A stretch of DNA of 64,000 nucleotides from Bacteroidales bacterium (GTDB lineage Bacteria > Bacteroidota > Bacteroidia > Bacteroidales > ML635J-15), in contig DAOQYW010000007.1 of assembly GCA_035343375.1 (NCBI GenBank), forward strand, positions 6,124-70,123, given 5' to 3'. Of this stretch, positions 23,545 to 34,923 are shown piece after piece; position 1 is the first letter of the stretch; every line of letters starts with the position of its first letter. Below the pieces are notes generated by a model. It saw only the letters and a program-made list of their open reading frames with translations. It ran no database searches and was not told the origin of the DNA. The translations under genes were made by a program, and so were the position numbers.

Positions 23545-26500
23545 CTATTTACCAACTTTTCTATCATACATTTCAGAATAAACTCCAAATTTTTCAATTA
23601 TTGCTTCATATAATTCAGTTCTTTGTTTTGACATTGAAAACTGCAATACTCTCTGATATGTATAAAGAGAATATTGAAGATCCTGATCACATGATTTCAG
23701 TTTTCTTTCGTCAAGACTAAAGAAGAAATCGAGTTCCTGACATGTAACTTTAATTATCTCTTTTAAGAAATTATCTCCTTTTTCCAATTCTCCAACTGCA
23801 TAATATGCGTTTGCATATTCGATGTCAAATAATCCGGGTACATACATGGATATAGGCATTATTTCATCACACTTGGTTATAAGTGCTTTAGCTTTAACAG
23901 TGTCACCCTCAGCTGCAAATAGAACAGCTAAATCTCTGAAATTATCACGTATTCTAACAATTCTAGTAGTACGATTAATGGTATGATCTATTACGATATT
24001 CGGATCGTTCATATTGCCCCATCTGAACTTGTTCATAAGGTTATCATAAAGAATGTCTTTATCAATGCGACCTTTTGAATTCGATTTAATAGGAACAAGT
24101 TTGTATGAAAAACCTTCATTCTGGAAATAATCGTTAAGCCCGAGAGTATTTGAACTTCCAATTGATGTAAAATATATAGGACGTTCCCAATTATTTGTTC
24201 TCAATAAATCGAGAGTCATCATCTCATTTTTTACCAGATAGCTGCGTTTAAGATCGAATTTAATTATTGTTTCTATTTTGTCAGCATCTTCGGGTTTTAC
24301 AGTTCCATTAGCAATAACCGTTGCAGAATCCACTTTCAAATAAATTTTGTTACGATGATATGAAAAAGTTAATTCACCTTCATAAGGGAACGAACTTGCT
24401 TCATCATCAGCTATATAATTGAGTAAACTGTCAATAGAGATATATCCTTTTTCTTCAGTTCTTTCATGTGGTACGTAGTACAATACATCTCTTACTGAAG
24501 GCTCATAGTCAGGTCTTTCAAGTGTTAGAGGCATAGGTGCAGCGTCATAGCTTGCATGTTTCATTTGGTCAACATACCAATCAGATGCAAAATAAGGCAA
24601 ACAACACACTTTAACATCAGGCCTTACACCTTCGACTTCTTGAGCATACCAAATAGGAAAAGTATCATTATCTCCATAAGTAAATAATATTGCATTTGGA
24701 GCACAGGATATTAAATAGTTATATGCAAAATCCCTTGCTATGAATCTGTTACTTCTGTTATGATCGTCCCAATTTTCTTTTGCCATCAAATAAGGAACAG
24801 GAATACAAATAAGTGTTGCCACTGCAGATGCTATCACAGCAGGAGAAAATTTACGTAAAAGTTCATAAATACCAATTACGCTTAATCCAATCCAAATAGC
24901 AAAAGCATAGAATGAGCCGGCATAGGCGTAATCTCGTTCACGAGGTTGCTGGGGAGTTTGATTAAGATAAACAACAATTGCCAAGCCTGTCAGAATAAAT
25001 AATAAACACACTATCCACCAGTCTTTCAAGTGTTTGAACAGCTGATAACCCAAACCAATTAGCCCAAGCAATAACGGTAACATATAATATCTGTTATTTG
25101 CTTTATTTGCCTTTAAATAATCCGGCATTTTTTCCTGATCTCCCAATCTTCCGTTATCAATAGAGCTTATGCCGGAAATCCAGTTGCCGTGTATTACGCT
25201 TCCACCTCCTTGAATATCATTCTGTCGTCCGGCAAAATTCCACATAAAATAACGCCAGTACATCCAATTTAACTGATAATTTACAAAGAACTTGATGTTA
25301 TTTGTAAACTTAGGTTTTGTCTGAGATGCCTTAAAACCTCCGTAATTTTTATATACCTCTATATGTTGTGGATCAGGACTGTACATTCTTGGAAAAATTG
25401 TACAATCGTCTTTTCTATATACTGTTTTTGGCTTATAGCTGACTATTTCATATTTTCCGTTTCTCTTTACATATACAGGAGTCGTTTTGTCGTATTTTTC
25501 AGGTACTGCATCAAAATACTGACCGTACATCAGAGGTCTGTCGCCGTATTGCTCTCTGTTTAGGTAATATAAAAGATTAAATACATCGTCAGGGTTGTTT
25601 TGGTCCATTGGAGGATTTGCATTCGATCTAATTACAATCAAAGCATAACTTGAATAACCTATCATTATCATTGTGAATGAAATCATTATTAAGTTGAGCA
25701 GGACTTTTTGCTTTTTTACGAGCATAACAACTCCAAACACAAATCCAGCCAAAAATAGTAAATTCATTAAAATATTACCCGACATAAAAGGAGCTCCAAT
25801 AAGTATCAGGGCAATGGAAGTAATTATAATGTTCAATATTTTACTCTCTGAAAAATGAGACATATAAACACTTAGTCCCAAAAATCCAAAACATAAGACT
25901 GACCACACAAATAAACCACTATTATATGGCATTCCCATGTAGTTAACAAAGAATAACTCAAGTTTTGAAGCAATAATAGCTACCCCGGGAATAATGCCCC
26001 ACATTATCATTGCTACAATGAGCAAAGAAATTGCAACAGTAATTATAAATCCTTTAATATTAGGTGTGAATTTCTTGTAATATATAACAAATGCGATTGC
26101 CGGAATTGTAAGTAAATTTAATAAATGCACACCTATTGACATACCTACAAGAAGTGAAATTAGCAATATCCATCTTGCAGCCTTAGTATCGTCAGTAGTG
26201 TCACTCCATTTTAGAATTGCCCAAAAGACAATTGCAGTAAAAAATGAGGAAAATGCATATACTTCGCCTTCTACAGCCGAGAACCAGAAAGTGTCAGAAA
26301 AAGTGTATGCTAATGCACCTACCATACTTGCACCTATTATGGCAATTGTTTTTCCAAGATTATAGTTTCCATCAGGAGCAATCATTCTTTTTGCAAAATA
26401 TGCTATTGACCAATACAAAAACAAGATTGTAAATGCACTTACTACACCTGAAAATGCATTAACCATTAGTGCAACTTGCTCAGGACCTGAAGCAAACATT

Positions 26501-26700
26501 GTAAAAAATCTGGCTATTATCATAAAGAAAGGAGCTCCTGGAGGGTGCCCAACCTGCAACTTGTATGATGATGATATAAACTCACCACAATCCCAGAAAC
26601 TTACGGTAGGTTCCAAAGTCATCATATAAACAACTGTCGCTATGATAAATGCTAACCACCCAAAACCGTAATCCAGTCTTTTAAATAGTTTTTCTGTCAT
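23545..26700 (-). CDS. DUF2723 (TMEM260-like) polytopic membrane glycosyltransferase-like protein
   Basis: TVSFWDCGEF, VGHPPGAPFF, SAVEGEVYA, GVHLLNLL, PRERDYAY and GDNDTFP motifs. Confidence 0.88.
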   Translation of the reverse strand: MTEKLFKRLDYGFGWLAFIIATVVYMMTLEPTVSFWDCGEFISSSYKLQVGHPPGAPFFMIIARFFTMFASGPEQVALMVNAFSGVVSAFTILFLYWSIAYFAKRMIAPDGNYNLGKTIAIIGASMVGALAYTFSDTFWFSAVEGEVYAFSSFFTAIVFWAILKWSDTTDDTKAARWILLISLLVGMSIGVHLLNLLTIPAIAFVIYYKKFTPNIKGFIITVAISLLIVAMIMWGIIPGVAIIASKLELFFVNYMGMPYNSGLFVWSVLCFGFLGLSVYMSHFSESKILNIIITSIALILIGAPFMSGNILMNLLFLAGFVFGVVMLVKKQKVLLNLIMISFTMIMIGYSSYALIVIRSNANPPMDQNNPDDVFNLLYYLNREQYGDRPLMYGQYFDAVPEKYDKTTPVYVKRNGKYEIVSYKPKTVYRKDDCTIFPRMYSPDPQHIEVYKNYGGFKASQTKPKFTNNIKFFVNYQLNWMYWRYFMWNFAGRQNDIQGGGSVIHGNWISGISSIDNGRLGDQEKMPDYLKANKANNRYYMLPLLLGLIGLGYQLFKHLKDWWIVCLLFILTGLAIVVYLNQTPQQPRERDYAYAGSFYAFAIWIGLSVIGIYELLRKFSPAVIASAVATLICIPVPYLMAKENWDDHNRSNRFIARDFAYNYLISCAPNAILFTYGDNDTFPIWYAQEVEGVRPDVKVCCLPYFASDWYVDQMKHASYDAAPMPLTLERPDYEPSVRDVLYYVPHERTEEKGYISIDSLLNYIADDEASSFPYEGELTFSYHRNKIYLKVDSATVIANGTVKPEDADKIETIIKFDLKRSYLVKNEMMTLDLLRTNNWERPIYFTSIGSSNTLGLNDYFQNEGFSYKLVPIKSNSKGRIDKDILYDNLMNKFRWGNMNDPNIVIDHTINRTTRIVRIRDNFRDLAVLFAAEGDTVKAKALITKCDEIMPISMYVPGLFDIEYANAYYAVGELEKGDNFLKEIIKVTCQELDFFFSLDERKLKSCDQDLQYSLYTYQRVLQFSMSKQRTELYEAIIEKFGVYSEMYDRKVGK

Positions 26701-26793
26701 AATTTCTTGTTTAATTTTTTTGAAAGCGTAAAAATAACATAATTATTATATTTAAGAAAGAAAAATTGCTTATTGATTTGTTAATGATGTGTC

Positions 26794-26828
26794 AAAAAAA
26801 AAGACCACAATTCATTTTGTGGTCTTTT
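26794..26828 (-). terminator. Intrinsic terminator after the T9SS cargo gene
   Basis: A-run then AAAAGACCACAA-ttcatt-TTGTGGTCTTTT. Confidence 0.8.
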
Positions 26829-26847
26829 ATAATTGTTAGTTTGAGTT

Positions 26848-29800
26848 TTATTCTTTTACAAATGGAATTAGAGTAGTTTTATCATTATTGTAAACTCTTA
26901 CAAAATATTTACCGGCTGCAATATCTTTCACATCAATTGTAATTACATCGTCTGTATTGATATTGGAGTAAATAATCTGACCATTATTATTAATCAGTTC
27001 GTATCTATCAGCGTTTGTTCCACTAATATATAATAAATCAGATGCAGGGTTAGGATATATGTTGAAGTTATTATCCTCAAAAGCTTCAATATCAGTTGTT
27101 AGATCGATAAATGTTCCATATTCAGAACTGCTACATTCATTTGTTACAGTTAATAATACATAGTAAGAGTCGGCAGTTGTGTAAGTAAATACAGGATTCT
27201 CAGCTGTTGATGTTGATGGCCAGAAATCGTTATCACCAAAATTCCATTCGTATGTATCTGCATTTTCAGATTCGTTAATAAACGTTACTTCTAAGCCATT
27301 AACTGTATATGAGAATTCTGCATTTGGCATAGTATTACAATCATAAATACTGATTAGGTCAATCGCAACTCCTTCTGTATTACTCATAGCAAAAGAACCA
27401 TTGTTAAAAACGAAACGTAATTTAACGCTGCTATGTCCTGCAAGTTCTGGAATATTAGTTGCTACTTCAATCCAACCGGCAGATGAACCACTCCAGGTTC
27501 CAAAAGCAATAATGCCTGTTCCGTACCAATTTGTTGATGTTGTTCCGGCTTGTACAGTGTCCCAACTTGTTCCGTCTAATGAATATTCGAGGAAAAAGTC
27601 AGCAAAGAACATTGTGTTTTCATATTGTACTAAAGCTGAAAATTTAGGATTAACAAATCCAGTAAAATCAAAACAGGGAGATTCGAGATAAGATAATTCT
27701 GCCATGTCGTTATATCCATCTGCATTTGTTACCCATGAATAATCTCCATCGCCTGCACTATTAATTAATGAATAAGCTGGTGTAGCAAGTTCCATTGTTG
27801 AGTTTGTTCCATAAGCGAACCATCCTGCAGGTCCGGCTTCAAAGGATTCTTCATAATCATTGGCATCAATAGTGTTTTGTGAAACAATTAATTCTTCATA
27901 TTCATCATTAGTGTCATCTTCATCACCTACATGAATTGTCTTGGCAACAAATTGATAATTACCGGCGACTGTCATATCACAAGTAGCATTGAAAGTAAAC
28001 ATATATGTTCCGCCTGGCTGTATTGCACTACTAATAATTTCAGGAGTTGTAAGCCATGTAACACCCCCATCAATAGAATAATCAACAGGTACATTACTTT
28101 GTGGTTGTACTCCGTAATTTGTAACTACTATGCTAACATTTTCATCAGCAGACATACCGCAACTGCTTACAGGGAAAAGAATGTCAGAAACGCCAACATC
28201 ATTCAATACAGATTCTTTAATTGTAAAATCATCGAAACCTATACCATTTGCTTCTAAAAATCCACTAGTATAATTTAAACGAAATCTTACATCAGTCATT
28301 GTTGCCAGATCAGGCATTTGTGCTGAAATGGTTTGCCAACCGGTTGTTGCTGCGAATGTGTAAACCGTAATAGTCCAAGTAGCTCCACCATCAACAGATG
28401 CCTCTATGCTGCCTGAATTTCCAAATGCTGAAAAGTTTACCCAAATTTTAGCCTCCATTTTTGGCAAATACAAAGAAGATAAGTCGTAACAAGGACTTAC
28501 AATATAAGATGTTTCGTTAGTATTTGTGTTACCTGCCAGATTAGTTACCCAGCAATTGTCACCGGATGCAGCTGAATTTATTACAAGTCCAGGTATTGTT
28601 TCATCAGGATTTCCATAAGCCCATGAAGAAGCTGTTCCACCTGAAAACCAATAGCCGTTTCCACTTTCAAAATCTTCGGTATGAGGAAAGCTGCTATACT
28701 GTGGAAAGTTTGTAAAATCATAAGAATATTCATCATTTGTATTATCTTCATCACCGGCGTGTGAAGTTTTAACAAGAATATTGTGTAACCCTACTGTGCT
28801 AAAATCACCGGTAGCAGTAAATTGATACGAATAACTTTCTCCCGATTCAATTGTTGTTTCAGCTGTTTCAGGAACTGCAAGCCATGTAGTACCACCGTCA
28901 GTTGAAAAATCTACGACAATATCAGTTTGAGCTTGTGCTCCGTAATTTGTTATTTCTGCTATGATTATTTCAGCACTGCCTAATCCACATTTGCTAACCG
29001 GTGCAGTAACTGCTGAAATACCAACATCGTTTAATACAGATTCTTTAATAGTAAAATCATCAATTCCAATACCATTGGCAACCAAAAATCCACCCGTATA
29101 GTTAATTCTAAATCTTACATCTGTCATGCCAACAAGGTCGGGCATTTGTGCAGAGATTGTTTGCCAACCTGTTGTAGCAGCTAAAGTATAGACCGGAATA
29201 TCCCAGGTTGTTCCACCATCTATAGAAGCCACAATGCTACCACTATTTCCCATAGCAGAAAAGTTTACCCACACGTTTACTTCAAGTTTAGGTAAAAACA
29301 GAGATGTTAAATCATAACACGGACTTACAATATATGAAGTTTCATTAGTATTTGTATTTCCGGCGAGATTTGTTACCCAGCAATTGTCACCAGAAGCAGC
29401 TGTATTTATAATTAGTCCTGATGTAGCCTCATCGGGATCTCCATAAGCCCATGAAGAAGCTGTTCCTCCTGCGTACCAATAACCATGTCCTCCTTCAAAA
29501 TCTTCGGTAAACGGAAAACTGTCATATTTTGGTAGTCTAACTCTGGTAACGCTCATTTCGTCGTTTTCTGTGTTTTCATCACCGGTTAAAGTTAGTGTTA
29601 CTATAATTTCATATTCACCAACAGTTGGGAAGTTTACGGCATCTGTAAATTCAAAATCAGCTGTTTCGCCAGGGTTAATGGTCTCGGTATATGTTTCGAT
29701 AACAGCAGGTCCGCCATTAAGAGTATAACTTACTTCGAATCCAGTTGCAGCCTGCAAACCATTATTAATAATACTGCATCCCAGAGTAGATTCTTCAAGT

Positions 29801-30387
29801 CCACACGAAGATGGATCAACTAAAATAGATACAATAGCTACATCATAATCAGCATTTTTAGTTATCTGGATATCAAAATTAACATTTGTTTCATCACCCA
29901 AAGCAGTATTTGCTGAACTTACAATAATATAATAAGTAATGCCTGAAGTTAAATCAACATTTGTAACACTTGGATTAGATGCTGCGACAGCAGAAGCAAC
30001 ACAGTTTGCACCCGGATCATCAGGGCAAGCATCTGTAATAAATAATCCTACGTTTGCAAATGGAATAATACTCCCTGTTACAATTGCAGTATTTAGCAAA
30101 GCAACATTTATCTGCATATCAGCAGCAGGAGTAAAGGCGAAAACATAGTCTTCGTTAACCATAGCTGCAGAACCACAGGCATCATCTGCATCGTAGTCGT
30201 TAAGTGTCCCTGTTGTTGTTAAGCCTGTAGAAGAGAAAGGAATTGCAGAAATTTCATCTGCGGAACTACAGTCATTTTGGCTAAAAACCGATGTGACTAA
30301 TAGTGACATAATTGTCAGCAAAGCAAAAATTGATAATAGTCGTTTCATACTTATTTTATTTAAAGTTAAACTTATAAAAGTCCTCAA
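26848..30387 (-). CDS. T9SS-secreted multi-domain surface protein (repeated CARDB-like + MAM/adhesin-like modules, PKD, T9SS CTD)
   Basis: Signal peptide (likely start MKRLL); three Ig + beta-sandwich modules (FTEDFE..W..GIGIDDF); PKD (YEWNFGD); CTD NIYPNPASD..GKYFVRV. Confidence 0.85.
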   Translation of the reverse strand: MRTFISLTLNKISMKRLLSIFALLTIMSLLVTSVFSQNDCSSADEISAIPFSSTGLTTTGTLNDYDADDACGSAAMVNEDYVFAFTPAADMQINVALLNTAIVTGSIIPFANVGLFITDACPDDPGANCVASAVAASNPSVTNVDLTSGITYYIIVSSANTALGDETNVNFDIQITKNADYDVAIVSILVDPSSCGLEESTLGCSIINNGLQAATGFEVSYTLNGGPAVIETYTETINPGETADFEFTDAVNFPTVGEYEIIVTLTLTGDENTENDEMSVTRVRLPKYDSFPFTEDFEGGHGYWYAGGTASSWAYGDPDEATSGLIINTAASGDNCWVTNLAGNTNTNETSYIVSPCYDLTSLFLPKLEVNVWVNFSAMGNSGSIVASIDGGTTWDIPVYTLAATTGWQTISAQMPDLVGMTDVRFRINYTGGFLVANGIGIDDFTIKESVLNDVGISAVTAPVSKCGLGSAEIIIAEITNYGAQAQTDIVVDFSTDGGTTWLAVPETAETTIESGESYSYQFTATGDFSTVGLHNILVKTSHAGDEDNTNDEYSYDFTNFPQYSSFPHTEDFESGNGYWFSGGTASSWAYGNPDETIPGLVINSAASGDNCWVTNLAGNTNTNETSYIVSPCYDLSSLYLPKMEAKIWVNFSAFGNSGSIEASVDGGATWTITVYTFAATTGWQTISAQMPDLATMTDVRFRLNYTSGFLEANGIGFDDFTIKESVLNDVGVSDILFPVSSCGMSADENVSIVVTNYGVQPQSNVPVDYSIDGGVTWLTTPEIISSAIQPGGTYMFTFNATCDMTVAGNYQFVAKTIHVGDEDDTNDEYEELIVSQNTIDANDYEESFEAGPAGWFAYGTNSTMELATPAYSLINSAGDGDYSWVTNADGYNDMAELSYLESPCFDFTGFVNPKFSALVQYENTMFFADFFLEYSLDGTSWDTVQAGTTSTNWYGTGIIAFGTWSGSSAGWIEVATNIPELAGHSSVKLRFVFNNGSFAMSNTEGVAIDLISIYDCNTMPNAEFSYTVNGLEVTFINESENADTYEWNFGDNDFWPSTSTAENPVFTYTTADSYYVLLTVTNECSSSEYGTFIDLTTDIEAFEDNNFNIYPNPASDLLYISGTNADRYELINNNGQIIYSNINTDDVITIDVKDIAAGKYFVRVYNNDKTTLIPFVKE
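28201..29525 (-). repeat. Intragenic duplication with 828-bp period
   Basis: GATTCTTTAA at 28211 and 29039 and TCTTCGGT at 28673 and 29501 share the same 828-bp offset; the two encoded beta-sandwich copies are highly similar. Confidence 0.85.
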
Positions 30388-30404
30388 ATGTATAATAATT
30401 AATT

Positions 30405-30437
30405 AAAAAAAGCCATCACTAATGATGGCTTTTTTTT
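30405..30437. terminator. Intrinsic terminator after the peptide transporter
   Basis: AAAAAAAGCCATCA-ctaa-TGATGGCTTTTTTT. Confidence 0.85.
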
Positions 30438-30464
30438 AACAAATTATAAAACTATTTAAAAATA

Positions 30465-32081
30465 CTATTTAGCAACTTTTTCGAGCCATTTAACCATTAA
30501 CAGCATTACTAACATTGAGAGAGAGCAAACAACTGCAAACACCAGCCAGCAACTCCAAAGTGGAACAGAGGTATAGAGTAGTCCTCCAATGAATAAAATT
30601 GAATTTCCGATTGCAGTAGCTGCGAGCCAAGCTCCTTGCATCAAACCCTGAAGGTGAGGTGGAGCAACCTTTGAAACAAATGATAATCCAAGAGGTGAAA
30701 TAAATAACTCGGCAACAGTTAGGATGAAGTACAGACCAATCATCACCCAAGGTGTTAATTTCATAGCTTGAAGATCTCCTGCTGTCATTGATGAAAGAGC
30801 AGACTTATCAGGAAGAACCATAGAAACAATGAGTAGGAAAACATAAGCTAATGCTGCAATTCCCATACCTATAGCAATCTTTTTTGGAGTTGAAGGTTCT
30901 TTATCTTTTTTACGCATACTTCCAAACAGCCACATAATAATAGGAGTGAGAAAAACTACAAAGAATGGATTAACAGCTTGAAAAATCTCAGCACCTTTAA
31001 GCGATGTAAAACCTAAATTAATGTTGATTAAATCTAAGTTAATGTAATCTCTTGCAAAATAGGTAAGAGAATAACCATTTTGGTGAAACGAAAACCAGAA
31101 AAAGATTACAATTCCGAATACTGCAAATAATGCGTATATTCTCTGTTTAATTTCAGATGCAGCCATTTTTACTTCTTCTTTTGAGATGGTATTTTTGTCA
31201 TTGACATCTGATATTGTCTTTTTAGCAGCAGGGTCAGGAAATTTTTTCTTATTAACTATATAAATAATAAAAGAAATACAAAGTGCGAATATTGTTGCAA
31301 TGAAAGCAAATTGAAATCCTTTATTAAATACATCAAGATATTGATTACTAAAAGCTAACAAATCTGTAACAGGAGTTTTATCTAAGACAACCTCAGAAGC
31401 ATAAGTAGTCAGGTTATTTAATTCTTCAACACTCATTGATGCCTGATCACCTATAAATTTATGAGCCAATTCAGGTAATTGAGCATTATAGTCAAATCCA
31501 TTAAATTTAAGCCACCAGTTTCTAACTGCAATAGCAATAAAAGGAGCAAAGAATCCGCCAACATTGATAAACATATAAAATAGCTGATATCCGGCATCTC
31601 TCATATCTCTTTTTGGTTTGCCATTTTCATCAACGCCAAACTTATTTGCAATAAAATCCTTATATTCTTTATTGTCATACATTTGACCTACTATTGCCTG
31701 AAGATTACCTTTGAAAAGACCGTTACCGAAAGCTATTACAAAAAGACCAACGCAGGTTAAACCTAAATATAATGCAAAATTAGGTACTGGAGTTGGAGTA
31801 GGAATTGCAATGATAACATATCCTAAAGCCATAAGAATTAAGCCCAACATAATAGTGCGTTTATAGTTTCTTGTTCGGTCTGCTATTAGTCCACCAACAA
31901 GTGCCAATACATAAATTGAAGCATAAAAAATAGAATATATGTATCCTGTCGAGGTTTCAGATAAACCAAATTTTGACGAGATGAACAATGTTAGAATTGC
32001 CATCATAATGTAAAATCCAAACCTTTCGCCCATATTAGTCAGAGCTGCTGCTAGTAATCCTTTCGGGTGATTTTTAAACAT
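30465..32081 (-). CDS. POT/PTR family proton-dependent oligopeptide transporter
   Basis: NMGERFGFY (ExxERF), GNGLFKGN, FYMFINVG and AELFISPLGLS motifs. Confidence 0.93.
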   Translation of the reverse strand: MFKNHPKGLLAAALTNMGERFGFYIMMAILTLFISSKFGLSETSTGYIYSIFYASIYVLALVGGLIADRTRNYKRTIMLGLILMALGYVIIAIPTPTPVPNFALYLGLTCVGLFVIAFGNGLFKGNLQAIVGQMYDNKEYKDFIANKFGVDENGKPKRDMRDAGYQLFYMFINVGGFFAPFIAIAVRNWWLKFNGFDYNAQLPELAHKFIGDQASMSVEELNNLTTYASEVVLDKTPVTDLLAFSNQYLDVFNKGFQFAFIATIFALCISFIIYIVNKKKFPDPAAKKTISDVNDKNTISKEEVKMAASEIKQRIYALFAVFGIVIFFWFSFHQNGYSLTYFARDYINLDLININLGFTSLKGAEIFQAVNPFFVVFLTPIIMWLFGSMRKKDKEPSTPKKIAIGMGIAALAYVFLLIVSMVLPDKSALSSMTAGDLQAMKLTPWVMIGLYFILTVAELFISPLGLSFVSKVAPPHLQGLMQGAWLAATAIGNSILFIGGLLYTSVPLWSCWLVFAVVCSLSMLVMLLMVKWLEKVAK

Positions 32082-32196
32082 AATTTTTATTTTTAATTAT
32101 TAATACTATTTATTTATCGCTTCGCAAATATAGAAATCTTTTTTTAATTCAAGCTGAATTATCAAATTTTAAGGATATTTTTGTGTAAAAAACAAA

Positions 32197-33699
32197 ATGG
32201 TAAAAATATTTACTTCTTCTCAAGTTAGAGATATAGATAAATACACTATTGATAATGAGCCGGTTGAGTCAATTGAGCTTATGGAACGTGCAGCACAGGA
32301 ATTATTCTTAAGTATCTATTCAAACATAGGTTTTAAGGATAATAAATTTGTTATTATTGCTGGTTGTGGAAATAATGGTGGTGATGGGTTGGCAATTGCA
32401 AGATTAATGTATCAGCAATCAATAGATTTTGAAGCATATTTCTGTGCTTTTTCAGAAAATATTAGCAAAGATTGTAGTACAAATCTTCAGAGGTTAAAAG
32501 AAAAATGTTCAGATAAGATTAAAATTATATCCCGAGCAGATCAATTAGTAATTTCCAAAAATACACTTATCATCGATTGTTTATTTGGGAGTGGACTTAC
32601 AAGACCTGTTAATGGTCAATTTGCTGCTATTATAGAAAAAATAAATAAATCTGAAAATACTGTAATAGCAATTGATATTCCATCCGGTCTATTTGGTGAG
32701 GACAATACTAATAATGATGGTACAATTATTAATGCGGATTATACTTTTACGATTCAATTTCCACCCTTATCGTCTTTATTTGCCGAGAATGATAAATATT
32801 ATGGTAAGCTGGTTGTTGTTCCTATAGGATTAAGCCAAATTGCAATTGATGAAACAGAAACTGAATTTTTTATAACAGAGGCTAATGATATCATAAGTGT
32901 TATAAAGAAAAGGAATCGTTTTGATCATAAGGGTGTTTTTGGTCACGCACTAATAATTGCAGGTCAATTTAGTAGGGCAGGTGCTGCTGTGTTAGCAGCA
33001 AAAGCCTGTTTAAGAAGTGGAGTTGGACTATTGACTGTGCATGTTCCACAAAAAATTTCAGATATAATGCAAATATCTGTACCTGAAGCAATGCTTGAAG
33101 TGGATTCTTGTGATACAGTTTTTTCAGATATAAAGAATTTCGAAAAATATTCAGCAATTGGAATAGGACCCGGCTTAGGTACTGATACGAAAACTGTAAG
33201 TGCTTTTTTAAACTTAATTAAAAATACAAATTTACCTCTTGTTATTGATGCGGATGGTTTAAATATTTTGTCAGAAGTTAAGAATATTAAAAAGATATTG
33301 AAACCCGGAACCATTTTGACTCCTCATCCAAAAGAGTTTGAAAGATTATTCGGTAAATTTGGAAATTCATATCTAAGAGTTAAATTTATGCAACAATTTT
33401 CAGCAGAAACAGGGGTAATCATTATACTTAAAGGTGGATATACTACTATTTCATTGCCCGATAAAAGAGTTTTCTTTAACATTGGTGGAAATCCAGGTAT
33501 GGCTACAGGTGGGAGTGGAGATGTCCTGACAGGAATAATTGCTTCATTCCTGGCTCAATCATATACTCCAGCAGCAGCAGCATTGTCAGGTGTTTTTATA
33601 CATTCAAAGGCAGGAGATTTAGCTGCCGAAAAGTATGGACTGATATCAATGATTGCTTCTGATTTAGTGGATTGTTTGCCAGATGCTTTTAAGTTTTAA
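32197..33699 (+). CDS. nnr: Bifunctional NAD(P)H-hydrate epimerase/dehydratase
   Basis: LMERAA, GCGNNGGDG, IDCLFGSG, AIDIPSG; HKGVFG, GPGLG, VIDADG, TPHPKEF, LKG and MATGGSGDVL motifs. Confidence 0.93.
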   Translation: MVKIFTSSQVRDIDKYTIDNEPVESIELMERAAQELFLSIYSNIGFKDNKFVIIAGCGNNGGDGLAIARLMYQQSIDFEAYFCAFSENISKDCSTNLQRLKEKCSDKIKIISRADQLVISKNTLIIDCLFGSGLTRPVNGQFAAIIEKINKSENTVIAIDIPSGLFGEDNTNNDGTIINADYTFTIQFPPLSSLFAENDKYYGKLVVVPIGLSQIAIDETETEFFITEANDIISVIKKRNRFDHKGVFGHALIIAGQFSRAGAAVLAAKACLRSGVGLLTVHVPQKISDIMQISVPEAMLEVDSCDTVFSDIKNFEKYSAIGIGPGLGTDTKTVSAFLNLIKNTNLPLVIDADGLNILSEVKNIKKILKPGTILTPHPKEFERLFGKFGNSYLRVKFMQQFSAETGVIIILKGGYTTISLPDKRVFFNIGGNPGMATGGSGDVLTGIIASFLAQSYTPAAAALSGVFIHSKAGDLAAEKYGLISMIASDLVDCLPDAFKF

Positions 33700-33750
33700 C
33701 GAAATTTTTTATTCATCAATAATTATTTCTTATTTTCGCAAAAAAAAACT

Positions 33751-34923
33751 ATGAAAAAACTGATTTATATATTAGTATCGTTAATGTTTGTGTCTTGTTC
33801 ATTGATAGCGCAAATAAATGTCGTACCAGTAACAGATTCCGAATTGCAAATAAAAGAGAATTCGTTTATTTATTCGTTGCCAAGAGTGACTATTAATATT
33901 AATGTAACTGTTGAGACTGAATATTTTTTTCCCGGACCTTATCAAAAGTATGCTGATAAATACCTTACTTTGAAAAATACTAAACCGGAAGCTTCTACTA
34001 CATGTTTAATTAAAAATATTGAAATCACTACAATTACAGAACCTGATCCAAATGCGACATATATAGTTTTTTTTAAAAAGAATAAATTTTTACTCAATTA
34101 TAGTTATTCAAATATTATTAAATCTTTTGGAATATCCGATTCTTATGAATTTGGTCAAATAGATAATAAATCACTTACTATTCCTTCTTATTTAAATGAT
34201 AATGTCCAATTTGCCGATATGTCCGTCAAGAGAAATTTTATTAATATTACTGATACAACTTATAAAGTTATTCAAGTTGATTCTATATTTCAAAAGATAC
34301 CGGTATATAATAAAGTTATCACGAGCAAAGAATTTGAACAGAAGGCAGAAGAAGCGGCTAATTATCTTATAAAAATAAGGAAACGCAAATTTAAACTTAT
34401 GACAGGGCAATTTGAAACAGAAACCCCTCCGGCTGATGTTAAAACAATGATTAATGAATTAGAAAAATTGGAAGAAGAATATCTTGCCTTGTTCATTGGA
34501 AAAACTGTAAGAATTGAAAATAAATATAATTTTAAATATACTCCTGGAGGTAATGTAAAAGAGGAGAAAATAGTTATGTTTTATCTTTCAGATGAATTTG
34601 GTGTTGTTGAAAATGAAATTTCAGATTCAGAGCCAATATATTGTTTATTAATAAATCATGGAGTTACTTCAGAGATTACTCGATTTTATAATCGTCAAAC
34701 TGAATTAACGAAAAAAGATAAAAATAAAGGCTTGTTTTATAGAATACCTGGATATGCTTCGATAAAGATAGTTCATGATGATATACAATATGCTGAGCAA
34801 ATAATTATGGTCCCGCAATGCGGTTATATTAATTATCTTCCTTCGAAATTGTTTAAAAACAAAACATTGAATATAATATTTGATGAAAATTCAGGTTCTG
34901 TTAAGACTATATCAAATGAATGA
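33751..34923 (+). CDS. DUF4831 family secreted protein
   Basis: YSLPRVT..PGPYQKYADKYL, AEEAANY..IRKRKF..G and YLALFIGK segments. Confidence 0.7.
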   Translation: MKKLIYILVSLMFVSCSLIAQINVVPVTDSELQIKENSFIYSLPRVTININVTVETEYFFPGPYQKYADKYLTLKNTKPEASTTCLIKNIEITTITEPDPNATYIVFFKKNKFLLNYSYSNIIKSFGISDSYEFGQIDNKSLTIPSYLNDNVQFADMSVKRNFINITDTTYKVIQVDSIFQKIPVYNKVITSKEFEQKAEEAANYLIKIRKRKFKLMTGQFETETPPADVKTMINELEKLEEEYLALFIGKTVRIENKYNFKYTPGGNVKEEKIVMFYLSDEFGVVENEISDSEPIYCLLINHGVTSEITRFYNRQTELTKKDKNKGLFYRIPGYASIKIVHDDIQYAEQIIMVPQCGYINYLPSKLFKNKTLNIIFDENSGSVKTISNE

